From positions 51,552 to 71,551 of the IMG/VR virus record IMGVR_UViG_3300044694_000062: DNA of 20,000 nt; one strand, written 5' to 3'. Of this stretch, positions 6,548-14,898 are shown in pieces. Source of the stretch: an uncultured virus (IMG/VR IMGVR_UViG_3300044694_000062). Lineage: Duplodnaviria > Heunggongvirae > Uroviricota > Caudoviricetes. Under the pieces are notes generated by a model, which had not been told where the DNA came from, did no database searches, and saw only the letters and a program-made list of their open reading frames with translations. Position 1 is the stretch's first letter. Every line of letters starts with the position of its first letter. The position numbers and the translations under genes were made by a program.

Positions 6548-7450
6548 ATGATGCCCTCGACCGCCTTCGACGACATGGAAAGCGACCTCGCAAGCGCGCC
6601 GGTGCGCGCGCCGAGCGCGGCCCAGGCCGCGGCGCCCGTCTACACCCAGCCCTGCCCGAAGTGCCGCGGCACCGGCAGGTACCTCGGCCCGAGCTCGCAC
6701 GGCAACGTCTGCTTCAAGTGCAACGGCGCGCGCGTCCTGACATTCAAGACCAGCCCGTTCGAGCGCCTGAAGGCCGCGCAGCAGCGGGCCCAGCGCGAGG
6801 AGCGCAAGGCCGGCAGCCGCTGGGAGGAGTTCAAAGCCGCCAACGAGGCCGAGGCCGAGTGGATCCTGCGCCGCGCCGAGAGCTTCGACTTCGCTGCGCA
6901 GATGCACGCCGCGGTGCAGCGCTGGGGGAACCTGACGCCCGGCCAGCTGGGCGCCGTGCGCAAGTGCATGGCGAGCGATCTCGATCGCGAGATGCGCCGC
7001 CAGCAGGCCGCCGAGGAGCGCAAGGCGGCCGAGGCAGCGGCGCCGACCGTCGCCGCCGCTCCGCTGGAGAAGGTCGAGCAGGCCTTCGCCAACGCGCTTG
7101 CCAAGGGTGTACGCACGCCGAAGCTGCGGCTCGACACGTTCGTGCTCAGCCCGGCCAAGGCGAGCAGCAAGAACGCCGGCGCCATCTACGTCACCTCGAA
7201 AGAGCGCACCGGCGAAGACGGCCGCGGCGCCTACCTCGGCAAGATCATCGGCGGCAGGTTCCTGAAGGTGCGCGAGTGCAGCCCCGACGAGGAGCTGCGC
7301 ATTGTGGCGGCCGCGTCGGACCCGGAGAAGGCGGCTGTCGCCTACGGCCAGCGCTTCGGCGCGTGCTCGGTCTGCGGCCGCGAGCTCACCGACAGCACCA
7401 GCATCGATCGCGGCATCGGCCCGATCTGCGCCAGCCGGATGGGGTGGTGA
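6548..7450 (+). CDS. DUF6011-family zinc-finger phage protein
   Basis: N-terminal CPKCRGTG...CFKCNG (DnaJ-type Zn knuckles) and C-terminal CSVCGRELTD..SI.RGIGPIC (DUF6011 pattern). AGGAG RBS before ATG 6548/6551. Confidence 0.8.
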   Translation: MMPSTAFDDMESDLASAPVRAPSAAQAAAPVYTQPCPKCRGTGRYLGPSSHGNVCFKCNGARVLTFKTSPFERLKAAQQRAQREERKAGSRWEEFKAANEAEAEWILRRAESFDFAAQMHAAVQRWGNLTPGQLGAVRKCMASDLDREMRRQQAAEERKAAEAAAPTVAAAPLEKVEQAFANALAKGVRTPKLRLDTFVLSPAKASSKNAGAIYVTSKERTGEDGRGAYLGKIIGGRFLKVRECSPDEELRIVAAASDPEKAAVAYGQRFGACSVCGRELTDSTSIDRGIGPICASRMGW

Positions 7451-7659
7451 GCGTGCCCTACGATCCAGCCCACTTCGAGATCCAGGAGACGATCATCGCC
7501 GACGATCACCTGCCCCGCCTGACGGTGCAGGATCTCGACCTGGAGCCGATGGACGATCGGCGCCCGGGCGAGGGCGCCACGTTTCGCAACCCCGCGCCGG
7601 CACGCCGGCCGCGCCCGGGGCGCCTCGCGCGCCTGGCGGCGTGGCTGCTGCGGCGCTAG
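7447..7659 (+). CDS. Small phage hypothetical protein
   Basis: GTGA-coupled ORF MSVPYDPAHFEIQETIIADDHLPRL...LARLAAWLLRR. Confidence 0.6.
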   Translation: MSVPYDPAHFEIQETIIADDHLPRLTVQDLDLEPMDDRRPGEGATFRNPAPARRPRPGRLARLAAWLLRR

Positions 7660-7677
7660 ACCTGAAAGGAGACCCCC

Positions 7678-7941
7678 ATGGGCCAATCCCATCAACCCCC
7701 TGATGCGAGCCATCTACAACGCCCTCTGATGCGAGCCATCTACAACGCCCTGTTCCGGCGCATCTCGGTGAAGCGTGAGCTCGAAGACCTGCGCTACGAA
7801 GCCGAGCGCAAGCGCATCGAGTACCAGCTTTCGGCGGACTACAACCAGGCGCTGGCCGATATGTACTCGCGCCGCATCGCGTGGATCGACGATCAGCTGT
7901 CCGCCGGCGCGCCGCCGGTGCCGCTGCGCGCTGCCGCTTAG
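7678..7941 (+). CDS. Small helical phage protein with a rearranged 5' end
   Basis: AAGGAG RBS before ATG 7678; 87 aa. Its stop overlaps the stop of the convergent tailspike-like gene. Confidence 0.65.
   Translation: MGQSHQPPDASHLQRPLMRAIYNALFRRISVKRELEDLRYEAERKRIEYQLSADYNQALADMYSRRIAWIDDQLSAGAPPVPLRAAA
7700..7751 (+). repeat. Perfect 26-bp tandem duplication
   Basis: CTGATGCGAGCCATCTACAACGCCCT at 7700-7725 and 7726-7751. Confidence 0.95.
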
Positions 7942-10900
7942 GAGCCGCGCACCGTCAGCGCCAGTGCGTCGGGGCCAGGGTACGGCGGCGAGGAGTAGCC
8001 TCCCCACGAGAAGTTGCACGTGATCGCCGCGATGGCGGACTGCTTCTGAATCCACACGGACGCCGGGTAGATTCGGCCGGCCAACGCCTCCTGCAACGTC
8101 GTCCAGCCTGCCGGGGGCGTGAGGGTGGTGGAGGTGTCGCCGTTCGAGCAGGCCATCACGATGGCGAGATCGCTCGCGCGCGTGCCGGTGCCGATGCTGA
8201 AGGTCTGCGTCGTCGAGAAGCGATCCCCGTTCAGCGTGGCCTCCGGGATGTCGAGGAATGCCGCCAGGTCACAGCCGGAGAGCTCGACGATGAACACCTG
8301 CGTAGCTGTCACCGTCGTGACGCTCACGGTGTAGTCACCACCACCCGCATCGCGGATCTGTGCATACCGCATCCGCGTTGGGTCCACGTAGAACGTGTTC
8401 GCGATGGTGTAGAGGTTGTTCCCCCGGTTGTCGGTCATCGCGCTGATGCTGCCGCTGCCGCCGTCGAGCGGGTTGCACACCATCACGAGCAGCCAATTCC
8501 CGGAGGTGACTCCGGTGAGCGTCACTGAATCGCTGGTGCTGGCGGCCATGGCCTTGCCCACCGACTGCACCACTTGCGGGTCGGCCGGCGCCGCACTCAC
8601 CGGCCCGATGCTGTTGGACGTCGCCACGCCGCTGCCAGTCGTCGAATCCAAAGCGAAGACTTGGCAGTCGATCACATCGCCGCCATCGGCCGAGACCAGC
8701 GTGTAGGTGTTCGACGTGGCTCCCACGATGTTGGCGCCGCCGCGACGCCACTGGTAGGCATAGCCCGAGATGGTGCCGCTCGTCGCGCTCCAGGTGCCAT
8801 CGGTCACTGAGAGCGCGCTGCCCACGCTGGCCGTGCCGCTCGCCACTGGAGCGACGGAGCACACCGGGCCGCCAGCGCCAAGCGCGATCGCGCCTACCGT
8901 GAGTGTCAGCACCGTAGAGCCGGCGCCGTTCGTGGCCGTGACCCTTACGCGCAACGTCTGCCGCACATCGGATGCGGTCGGCGTATATGTGGTCCCGGTG
9001 GCGCCAGGCACGTCAGCGCCTCCCACCGACCATTGCACAGTGACGCTGGTGGGCGAGTTGCCCCACGATCCAGTGCTGACGGTCGTGGTGACTCCCACCT
9101 GCGGGCCGCCGCTTGTCGAGGGTGGCACCACTGCGTAGGGCGTCGGGTCGGGATATTCAAGCGCCCCCACGTCCGGCGCGCCGCCGAGCTCGCGGGAACT
9201 CAGCGCTGTCCAGTCGTCGAAGACTGGATAGCCCGCCGGCAGTGGCTGCGTGCCCGCGTTGATCGCTGGCGAGGTGGACTGCAGCGTGAAGTCTCCACCG
9301 GCTGCATTCGTGAACTTCGGGTCGGCGACGATCGCGAGACTGTCTCCAATGGTCGATGGCGATGCCGGGCTCTGACCGTTGGCGTAGTAGAGATTGCGCT
9401 TGAATGTAAAGCCCGTGCCTTTTCCGCTGTTGTCCGCGTACCACTGCGTACCCGCCAGGGTGTTGGGCCCGAAGGCGAAGATGTTGTTGTAGACCATCAC
9501 CGAGTGGTTCGGTGAGGACTGGTCTCCCTCGTTGCGCACCATCGACAGGCCGAGGCTGTTCGAGCGGTTGCAGTCATAGATCGTGTGGTACGCGAAGAGC
9601 GCAGTTCCTTGCGGCGCATTGGTGTTCATGCGCAGCGGCGGCAACCCGGTGCCGATGATCACGTTGTTCCAGCACGCGACATCCATCGTTCCGGCGCCGG
9701 TGGGGCCTACGTCTGCGAAGTTGATGCCGTACTTCGCGGCCACCTCAAGCCAATTGTGATGAATGCGCACCTGCGTGAAGCCCGGCCACACACCTTCAGG
9801 CGTCACTGCGATGCCCATGAGGCCGTCGGAATCGTTGAACTGGATGTGCGATCCGCCCACGCAGTTGAAGAGCCAGTTGTAGGCGATCTCCCAGCCCAGG
9901 GCCATGGTGCCGGCATAAATGCCGTGGTTCTGCAGGTCGCTCGTGCCCTCGATGTCGTGGATCTTATTGCCGAAGATGAAGACCCGATCGCCGGCGCCCG
10001 TGACGCCGGCCGCGTTCAAAACTGAACTATTGCCAGCCACCCAAGGCCCGAGCTCCATGTTGACGACGCGCACATGGCCTTCCGATGACTGGATGTTGAC
10101 CGGGCCAGCATCGCGCGTGGCACCTCCGCTCACCTCGATGTGCATGTTGGCGACAGACCAGAAGTCGCCCGTGGTGCCCGCATAGACCTCGCCCGCGCCC
10201 TGGAATCCTCCCTTGCATCCAGAGGGTGTGGTGTAGTGGACCGTCTCACCGGGGTAGCTGGTGAAGTTGATCCAGCCGGTGCCGCTCGCACCGGTGGGCT
10301 GGGAGCCCTCCTGTTGATGATCACGGAAGCGGAACCATGCAGTGTCGTAGCCGATGTCTGCCCAATCCCCGCCTCGGATCACGACCTGGTCGCCAGGCAG
10401 AAGGATGGGGTAAATGCCGCCTGAAAAGCGGTCCGGCAGCTGCAGGTGGCGCCACGGCCTGGTGATGTCGTTGGGCGCGGCGGTGGTGTCATTGCCGGTC
10501 AAAGAGACGTAAAGGACTCGGCCCGGGTTGGGCGTCCATTGGTGGTCCGCATTGCTCTCGATGGACCCGACCTTGACCACGATAGGGATGGGCACGCCCA
10601 GCGCGGCGCCTCCGAGCGTACCGGTGCGCACGACGATTCGCTGCACGCCGAACTTCGAGTACGTGACGGCGTTGTCCTGCAGCACGTAGGCCGCGACCTC
10701 GGCGCCGCCGATGTAGACCTTCGTCGTGGTGCCCAGGCCTGTGCCGTCCCCGAAGTTCTTTCCGAAGATCGACAAGTAAGCACCGAGGTCGCCATCGCCA
10801 CCACTGGGCGGACCGCTGACAAAGTCGGTGTAGAGCACCACCGGATTACCGGTGTTGATCAGGTTGTTGATCGCGAGAGTGAGGTAACCCGCGGTCTGCG

Positions 10901-11735
10901 GGCCGCCGCTGTAGGCAACCTCGTAGGAGATCAGCGGCACCGGGCCAAACCAATCGGCATCTGGCACGAAGGTGTAGGCTCCGTCCGCCTGCAGGGTGAT
11001 CGACCCGACACCTGGAATGCTCACCGGCGTGCTGCTCGGGGTTTGCGTGCCCGCCACGCCGGCGATGGTGAAGCTGACCACGGAAAGCGCCACCGGCTCC
11101 CACGCATAGGCGTAGTAGTAGAGGACGTTGCCGGTGATCGTGGTGTTCAGCGGCGCGCTGTTGTTGACGCTTTCCACCACCGGAGCACTGTCGGTGCCGG
11201 AGATGGTGACGGTGAGAACGCTGCTGCTCAAGCCGCCCTTGCCATCGGCGAGCGTGTAGGTGAACAGCTCGTGCACCACAGCGCCAGCGCGCAAGGCTCG
11301 CGCGGCAGCGCCGAGGCCATATGTCCACGAGCCATCGGGGTGCACGATCATCGTGCCGTACGCGCAGTTGAAGCCCGCATCGAGGGCATAGGGCGCGCCG
11401 TTGTAGACCAGGCTCTGGATGTAGAAGGTGTCGCCGTCCGGGTCGTAGTCGGACGCGATCAGGTTGCCGGTGTACTCGACATCCGTGTCGACACCGCCCG
11501 CGCTGGAGTTGTGCGACACCGGCGGACGATTGAAGCCGGCCGACACCAGCTGCGTCACCAGGTCGTTGAACGAGAACGGCGTGCCGTTCGTGATCAGGTT
11601 GAAAAGGTACTCGGTGCGATTGAGTAGCGCCTGCGCCTGCATGTTGGCTGCACCGCCAGGGCCGCCAATCGCTCGCGTGTTCAGCTCAAGCTCGGGAACG
11701 CTGTCCCAGCCCGGATTCGGAGTAAGAGTCGTCAT
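7938..11735 (-). CDS. Large multi-domain tailspike/adhesin with putative beta-helix (depolymerase-like) domain
   Basis: 1265 aa. The N-terminal W..VPELE....GGPGG.AN.QAQALLNRTEYL resembles phage tail-fibre anchors. It is followed by VCBS/cadherin-like Ig repeats (SDYDPDGD, DGSWTY, FTYTLADG), an IPT/TIG-like segment (SIFGKNFG) and Asn-rich beta-helix strands (GNKIHD, AYNWLFN, IHHNW, WNNVI, YNNIF). Then come a DPKFTN..GDFTLQSTSPAINAG..PDVGALEY cap, two Ig-like repeats (TVQWSVGG / AYQWRRGG) and a C-terminal beta domain. Confidence 0.75.
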   Translation of the reverse strand: MTTLTPNPGWDSVPELELNTRAIGGPGGAANMQAQALLNRTEYLFNLITNGTPFSFNDLVTQLVSAGFNRPPVSHNSSAGGVDTDVEYTGNLIASDYDPDGDTFYIQSLVYNGAPYALDAGFNCAYGTMIVHPDGSWTYGLGAAARALRAGAVVHELFTYTLADGKGGLSSSVLTVTISGTDSAPVVESVNNSAPLNTTITGNVLYYYAYAWEPVALSVVSFTIAGVAGTQTPSSTPVSIPGVGSITLQADGAYTFVPDADWFGPVPLISYEVAYSGGPQTAGYLTLAINNLINTGNPVVLYTDFVSGPPSGGDGDLGAYLSIFGKNFGDGTGLGTTTKVYIGGAEVAAYVLQDNAVTYSKFGVQRIVVRTGTLGGAALGVPIPIVVKVGSIESNADHQWTPNPGRVLYVSLTGNDTTAAPNDITRPWRHLQLPDRFSGGIYPILLPGDQVVIRGGDWADIGYDTAWFRFRDHQQEGSQPTGASGTGWINFTSYPGETVHYTTPSGCKGGFQGAGEVYAGTTGDFWSVANMHIEVSGGATRDAGPVNIQSSEGHVRVVNMELGPWVAGNSSVLNAAGVTGAGDRVFIFGNKIHDIEGTSDLQNHGIYAGTMALGWEIAYNWLFNCVGGSHIQFNDSDGLMGIAVTPEGVWPGFTQVRIHHNWLEVAAKYGINFADVGPTGAGTMDVACWNNVIIGTGLPPLRMNTNAPQGTALFAYHTIYDCNRSNSLGLSMVRNEGDQSSPNHSVMVYNNIFAFGPNTLAGTQWYADNSGKGTGFTFKRNLYYANGQSPASPSTIGDSLAIVADPKFTNAAGGDFTLQSTSPAINAGTQPLPAGYPVFDDWTALSSRELGGAPDVGALEYPDPTPYAVVPPSTSGGPQVGVTTTVSTGSWGNSPTSVTVQWSVGGADVPGATGTTYTPTASDVRQTLRVRVTATNGAGSTVLTLTVGAIALGAGGPVCSVAPVASGTASVGSALSVTDGTWSATSGTISGYAYQWRRGGANIVGATSNTYTLVSADGGDVIDCQVFALDSTTGSGVATSNSIGPVSAAPADPQVVQSVGKAMAASTSDSVTLTGVTSGNWLLVMVCNPLDGGSGSISAMTDNRGNNLYTIANTFYVDPTRMRYAQIRDAGGGDYTVSVTTVTATQVFIVELSGCDLAAFLDIPEATLNGDRFSTTQTFSIGTGTRASDLAIVMACSNGDTSTTLTPPAGWTTLQEALAGRIYPASVWIQKQSAIAAITCNFSWGGYSSPPYPGPDALALTVRGS

Positions 11736-11762
11736 CGTGTGCTGCTGCCGCCTTCTAGCAGC

Positions 11763-11778
11763 AGTCTTGCATCACGAC
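11763..11778 (-). promoter_or_regulatory. Candidate late-promoter motif, copy 1
   Basis: GTCGTGATGC-AAGACT, ending 27 nt before the ATG of the tailspike-like gene. Confidence 0.6.
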
Positions 11779-11785
11779 GGTGCCC

Positions 11786-12031
11786 TCACTCGCAGGCCTT
11801 CGAGGCGGCTTCCAGCTGCATCTCGTAGGCGATGCGCTGCTCGCGCTCGGCCAGCAGCGCCCGCACCTTCTCGTACAGTCCCGAGCCGGTCTGCAGCGCG
11901 TCAGTGGCCCACACCGGCTTGTCGGGCGCCTTGACGTGGCACTGCACCGGCACAGGCACCTCGATGCGCTGCGGCATCGTGTTGCAGCCGGCGAGCGCCG
12001 CCAGAATGAGCAAGATCAGCGCGCGCTTCAT
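11786..12031 (-). CDS. Outer-membrane spanin (o-spanin, Rz1-like lipoprotein)
   Basis: Lipobox MKRALILLILAALAG-C followed by a Pro-rich segment and a C-terminal Cys. ATGA overlap with the i-spanin stop. Confidence 0.85.
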   Translation of the reverse strand: MKRALILLILAALAGCNTMPQRIEVPVPVQCHVKAPDKPVWATDALQTGSGLYEKVRALLAEREQRIAYEMQLEAASKACE

Positions 12032-12381
12032 TTTCCGAGCTCCTGAGAGATCAGGTCCGCAGCTGCCTGGCAATCGTCCTGGCCGGCCGGCTTCTGGCGC
12101 AACAGCAGCTGCTGCGCGCGGGTCTGATGCCGGCGTGCCTCGGCCTGCGCGGCGTCGATCGCGGCCTGCGCCTGCTGCGCGCGCTCCTTGGCGTCGGACT
12201 TCATCTTCTCGATGGCCGTGTTCTGGTCCTTGATGTCCTGGCCCATCTGCGCTACCTGGTTGCGCGCGAGCTCCAGGCGCGGCGCGTAGAACAGGTGCGA
12301 TCCTCCGGCACCAATGAGGACGCCGATCGCCAGCAGCAGCACGGCCGCCAGCAGTTTCTCCTGAAGCGTTGCGAGCATCAC
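12028..12381 (-). CDS. Inner-membrane spanin (i-spanin, Rz-like)
   Basis: Single N-terminal transmembrane segment, Ala/Gln coiled coil and a Cys near the C-terminus; directly precedes the lipoprotein. Confidence 0.82.
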   Translation of the reverse strand: MMLATLQEKLLAAVLLLAIGVLIGAGGSHLFYAPRLELARNQVAQMGQDIKDQNTAIEKMKSDAKERAQQAQAAIDAAQAEARRHQTRAQQLLLRQKPAGQDDCQAAADLISQELGK

Positions 12382-12701
12382 CGCACCTCGGATCGGTCGG
12401 CCTTCTGCGCGACGGTCGACTTGAGCTCATCGATCTTGTCGAAGACTTTGTTGAACCCCTCGGCTTGAGCGCGCGCGATCTCGCTCAGCGCCTCGCGTGT
12501 TTCATTTCGCACCTCGCTCACGTCAGCCTTGACGTCGGCGCGCGTGGCGAATGTGCCCAATTGCCTGACCATCTCCAAATTGGCGGCCTGGAGGTTCTTC
12601 ACGTCGGAGAGCATGCCCTTCATGATGATGCCACCGAAGAAGCCGGCGATGCCGAAGACGGCGTTGAAGGCGAGAAGGACATATTGCATCTCGGGAATCA
12701 T
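12378..12701 (-). CDS. Single-TM coiled-coil protein in the lysis cassette
   Basis: MIPEMQYVLLAFNAVFGIAGFFGGIIMK followed by a helical soluble region. ATG 12701 overlaps the endolysin stop. Confidence 0.7.
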   Translation of the reverse strand: MIPEMQYVLLAFNAVFGIAGFFGGIIMKGMLSDVKNLQAANLEMVRQLGTFATRADVKADVSEVRNETREALSEIARAQAEGFNKVFDKIDELKSTVAQKADRSEVR

Positions 12702-13423
12702 GGCTTGGCGCTGCCAGGAAAGAAGGGTTGATATTTCGCGCTTCGCACCCAAAGGATGTTCCGCACGTAGGTCCGGTTTATCTCGTAAGGACTTCCGCCA
12801 TAGCCCTTGTAGGGAGCGCGCGATTTGACGCTGGTGCGATCTACGTTGCCGACCCATTTCGATGGGTCGCAGCCGCGCGTGTTTCGGCAGAGCAGGCGGT
12901 CCTGACGGACGCCTGACTCACCGCCGTTGTATCCGCTCAGCGTGAATGCCAAGCGGTCGAGATCCGTGGCCGCATCGTAGACGCGGCGGTAGATGCCGTG
13001 GTCCATCTCGACCAGGGCGAGCAGTTGATAGTGGGGATCGGCCCACCGCTCGGTGGTCCACCCGCGCAGACTTGCGTACTGGGCGCGCAGTTCGGCCTGC
13101 TTGTCGAAGCGCACGCTGCCGTCGGCGTTATAGGCTGTGGTGATTTGGCCGAGTCCGCGGCCCCACTCGCGCGCGGTTCGCAGCTGCACGCTTGGGTTCC
13201 AGCAGCGCGAGCTGGTCAGCGAGACGCACGACTCCTGCTCGACCTGGCCTGCGAGGAACGCTGGACGCGGCGCGTCAGGCCACGTCTGCAGCTGCACGCT
13301 GCGCAGCACCGGCAGGTACCTCGGTGCGTTCGCTGGCACCGCCTCGGCGGCGGGGGCTGGTGTCGGCATGCAGCCGTGCGCCAGCGTGACGATCGCCAGG
13401 AGGAGCGGGCGCAGCCAGCGCAT
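12698..13423 (-). CDS. Lytic transglycosylase (SLT-like) endolysin with N-terminal signal
   Basis: AGQVEQES (catalytic Glu), GRGLGQIT, LSGYNGG and INRTYVRNI motifs. N-terminal MRWLRPLLLAIVTLAHGC. The likely start is ATG 13423. Confidence 0.85.
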   Translation of the reverse strand: MRWLRPLLLAIVTLAHGCMPTPAPAAEAVPANAPRYLPVLRSVQLQTWPDAPRPAFLAGQVEQESCVSLTSSRCWNPSVQLRTAREWGRGLGQITTAYNADGSVRFDKQAELRAQYASLRGWTTERWADPHYQLLALVEMDHGIYRRVYDAATDLDRLAFTLSGYNGGESGVRQDRLLCRNTRGCDPSKWVGNVDRTSVKSRAPYKGYGGSPYEINRTYVRNILWVRSAKYQPFFPGSAKP

Positions 13424-13425
13424 GG

Positions 13426-13800
13426 TCAGGCTTTGGCCCACGTGACGATGCCGAGGAACACGACACCGACAAACAACACCAGCGATGCGACGACGATCGC
13501 GGCCGCCATGCTCTTGTCGTTCTTCACCTGGTCGATCAGATCGTCGATCTTGATCTGAGGGAAGATCAGGCGGCTGACGATGATCGAGAGGCCGGCAATC
13601 GAAACCGCCGGCGTGGTCCACTGCATCAGCGTCTTGGTGAGATCGGGGTCGTAGTAGTAGAGGCCCACCAGCGACGGCACCAGCATGATCAGCGCCGACT
13701 TGTCGAACAGCGCAACCAACCGTCCGGCCTTGTCGAGAAGCGGGCTTGCCTTGGAAAGGAATTCGGCAATGGCTTCGATTGCGGCAATCAGCTTGTCCAT
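13426..13800 (-). CDS. Putative holin (multi-TM membrane protein)
   Basis: 124 aa with about three hydrophobic segments; first gene of the lysis cassette, 2 nt before the endolysin. Confidence 0.65.
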   Translation of the reverse strand: MDKLIAAIEAIAEFLSKASPLLDKAGRLVALFDKSALIMLVPSLVGLYYYDPDLTKTLMQWTTPAVSIAGLSIIVSRLIFPQIKIDDLIDQVKNDKSMAAAIVVASLVLFVGVVFLGIVTWAKA

Positions 13801-13826
13801 GTTGGCTCTCTTATTTCGACCACCGC

Positions 13827-13842
13827 AGTGTCACGTCACGAC
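13827..13842 (-). promoter_or_regulatory. Candidate late-promoter motif, copy 2
   Basis: GTCGTGACGT-GACACT, ending 26 nt before the holin ATG and lying immediately after a terminator. Confidence 0.6.
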
Positions 13843-13844
13843 AC

Positions 13845-13869
13845 AAAAAAGCCCCGGAAATCCGGGGCT
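13845..13869 (-). terminator. Rho-independent terminator ending the tail operon
   Basis: Minus strand AGCCCCGG-ATTT-CCGGGGCT-TTTTT, about 22 nt after the stop at 13892. Confidence 0.9.
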
Positions 13870-13891
13870 GCTCAGCGGGGTGGGTCAACCC

Positions 13892-14596
13892 CTAAGCCTT
13901 GATGATGTGGTTCAGCACCATGGTCGGCTGCACGTTCGGGTGCGGCTGTCCGCCGCCCGTGTTGTCCATGGTTTGGTATTGACCGCTCGCAGCCCCCGCG
14001 GCGACGCCAGCACCAGGGCCGTTTGCGAGCACCATCGTTTGCGCTCCGCTGGCGAACGTGTGGTTGTGAGCCGGCATCTGCTTCGTCACCATCGTGTGCG
14101 CCTGCGTTCCGCCGGAAGACCCGAGCGACTGCGCATCCCCCACGCTGGAGAAGCGGGCCGCTGTCGACGTGCCCGCGGTCACACCGGTGCCGGTCGATAG
14201 CGTGACAGTCGTTCCGTTGATGTCGGAGATCGTCACGCCGGCGGGCACAGTCGACGCCTTGACCGACATTCCGATCGCCAAGCCGGAGGCGCTGCCGACG
14301 GTCGCTGTAGCGCTGCCAGCCGTCGTGGTAATCGTCGTCGAGACCTGGAGCACGTTGGCGGCCGTGCCGCCCATGTCGTCTTTGCCTGCGGCGACGCGGC
14401 CGCGCAGATCGGGCACGTTGAACGTCGTGCTGCCATCACCGACACCGAACGTGGTGCCGATCGCCGCAAAGAGTTCGGGGTAAGTCGTGCGGCTGACCTG
14501 CTGGCCGTTGCAGAGAAGCCATCCAGATGGTGGGCTGCTGCCGGCGAATGGCAGCACAACACCGGTCATCCCAACCATGAAGTCGAGCAGATTCAT
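13892..14596 (-). CDS. Tail collar domain protein (short fibre-like)
   Basis: Collar motif GVVLPFAGSSPPSGWLLCNGQQVSRTTYPELFAAIGTTFG.GDGSTTFNVPDLRGR, then QMPAHNH and GGGQPHPNVQPTMVLNHIIK. Confidence 0.88.
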   Translation of the reverse strand: MNLLDFMVGMTGVVLPFAGSSPPSGWLLCNGQQVSRTTYPELFAAIGTTFGVGDGSTTFNVPDLRGRVAAGKDDMGGTAANVLQVSTTITTTAGSATATVGSASGLAIGMSVKASTVPAGVTISDINGTTVTLSTGTGVTAGTSTAARFSSVGDAQSLGSSGGTQAHTMVTKQMPAHNHTFASGAQTMVLANGPGAGVAAGAASGQYQTMDNTGGGQPHPNVQPTMVLNHIIKA

Positions 14597-14898
14597 ACAC
14601 CTCCCGGGCTTGCGCCCTGCTTGTTGTTGATGAGCGCGGCAACGTCAGGGTTGGCCGCCAGGAACTCGGCCAGCTTCTGCACCGGCGTGGCGCCGGTCGG
14701 GCGCCCGTTGTACTGCATGGACCAGCGGTCGCCGGTGCGACGTGGTGTCGTGCCAGGCGGCCACGGTTGATCCGGTGGCGGGTCTGCGTAGGCGCCCGCT
14801 GGGATCAGGTACACGCCGGGTTCAAGCGGGCTTTCGTCGGCAGTGATGGTGCCGACATACCAGCCGTCGCGGTCGGTTTGATAGACGATCATGATCAA
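14593..14898 (-). CDS. Tail fibre assembly chaperone-like protein
   Basis: VYQTD..G.YVG...ADESPLEPGVYLIPAGA...PPP pattern typical of genes following fibres. Start is TTG 14898 or ATG 14892. Confidence 0.78.
   Translation of the reverse strand: MIMIVYQTDRDGWYVGTITADESPLEPGVYLIPAGAYADPPPDQPWPPGTTPRRTGDRWSMQYNGRPTGATPVQKLAEFLAANPDVAALINNKQGASPGGV

Noticed and set aside
7700..7751. CRISPR mini-array or att-site duplication
   Set aside because: The two 26-bp copies are directly adjacent with no spacer, are not palindromic, and no cas genes are present.
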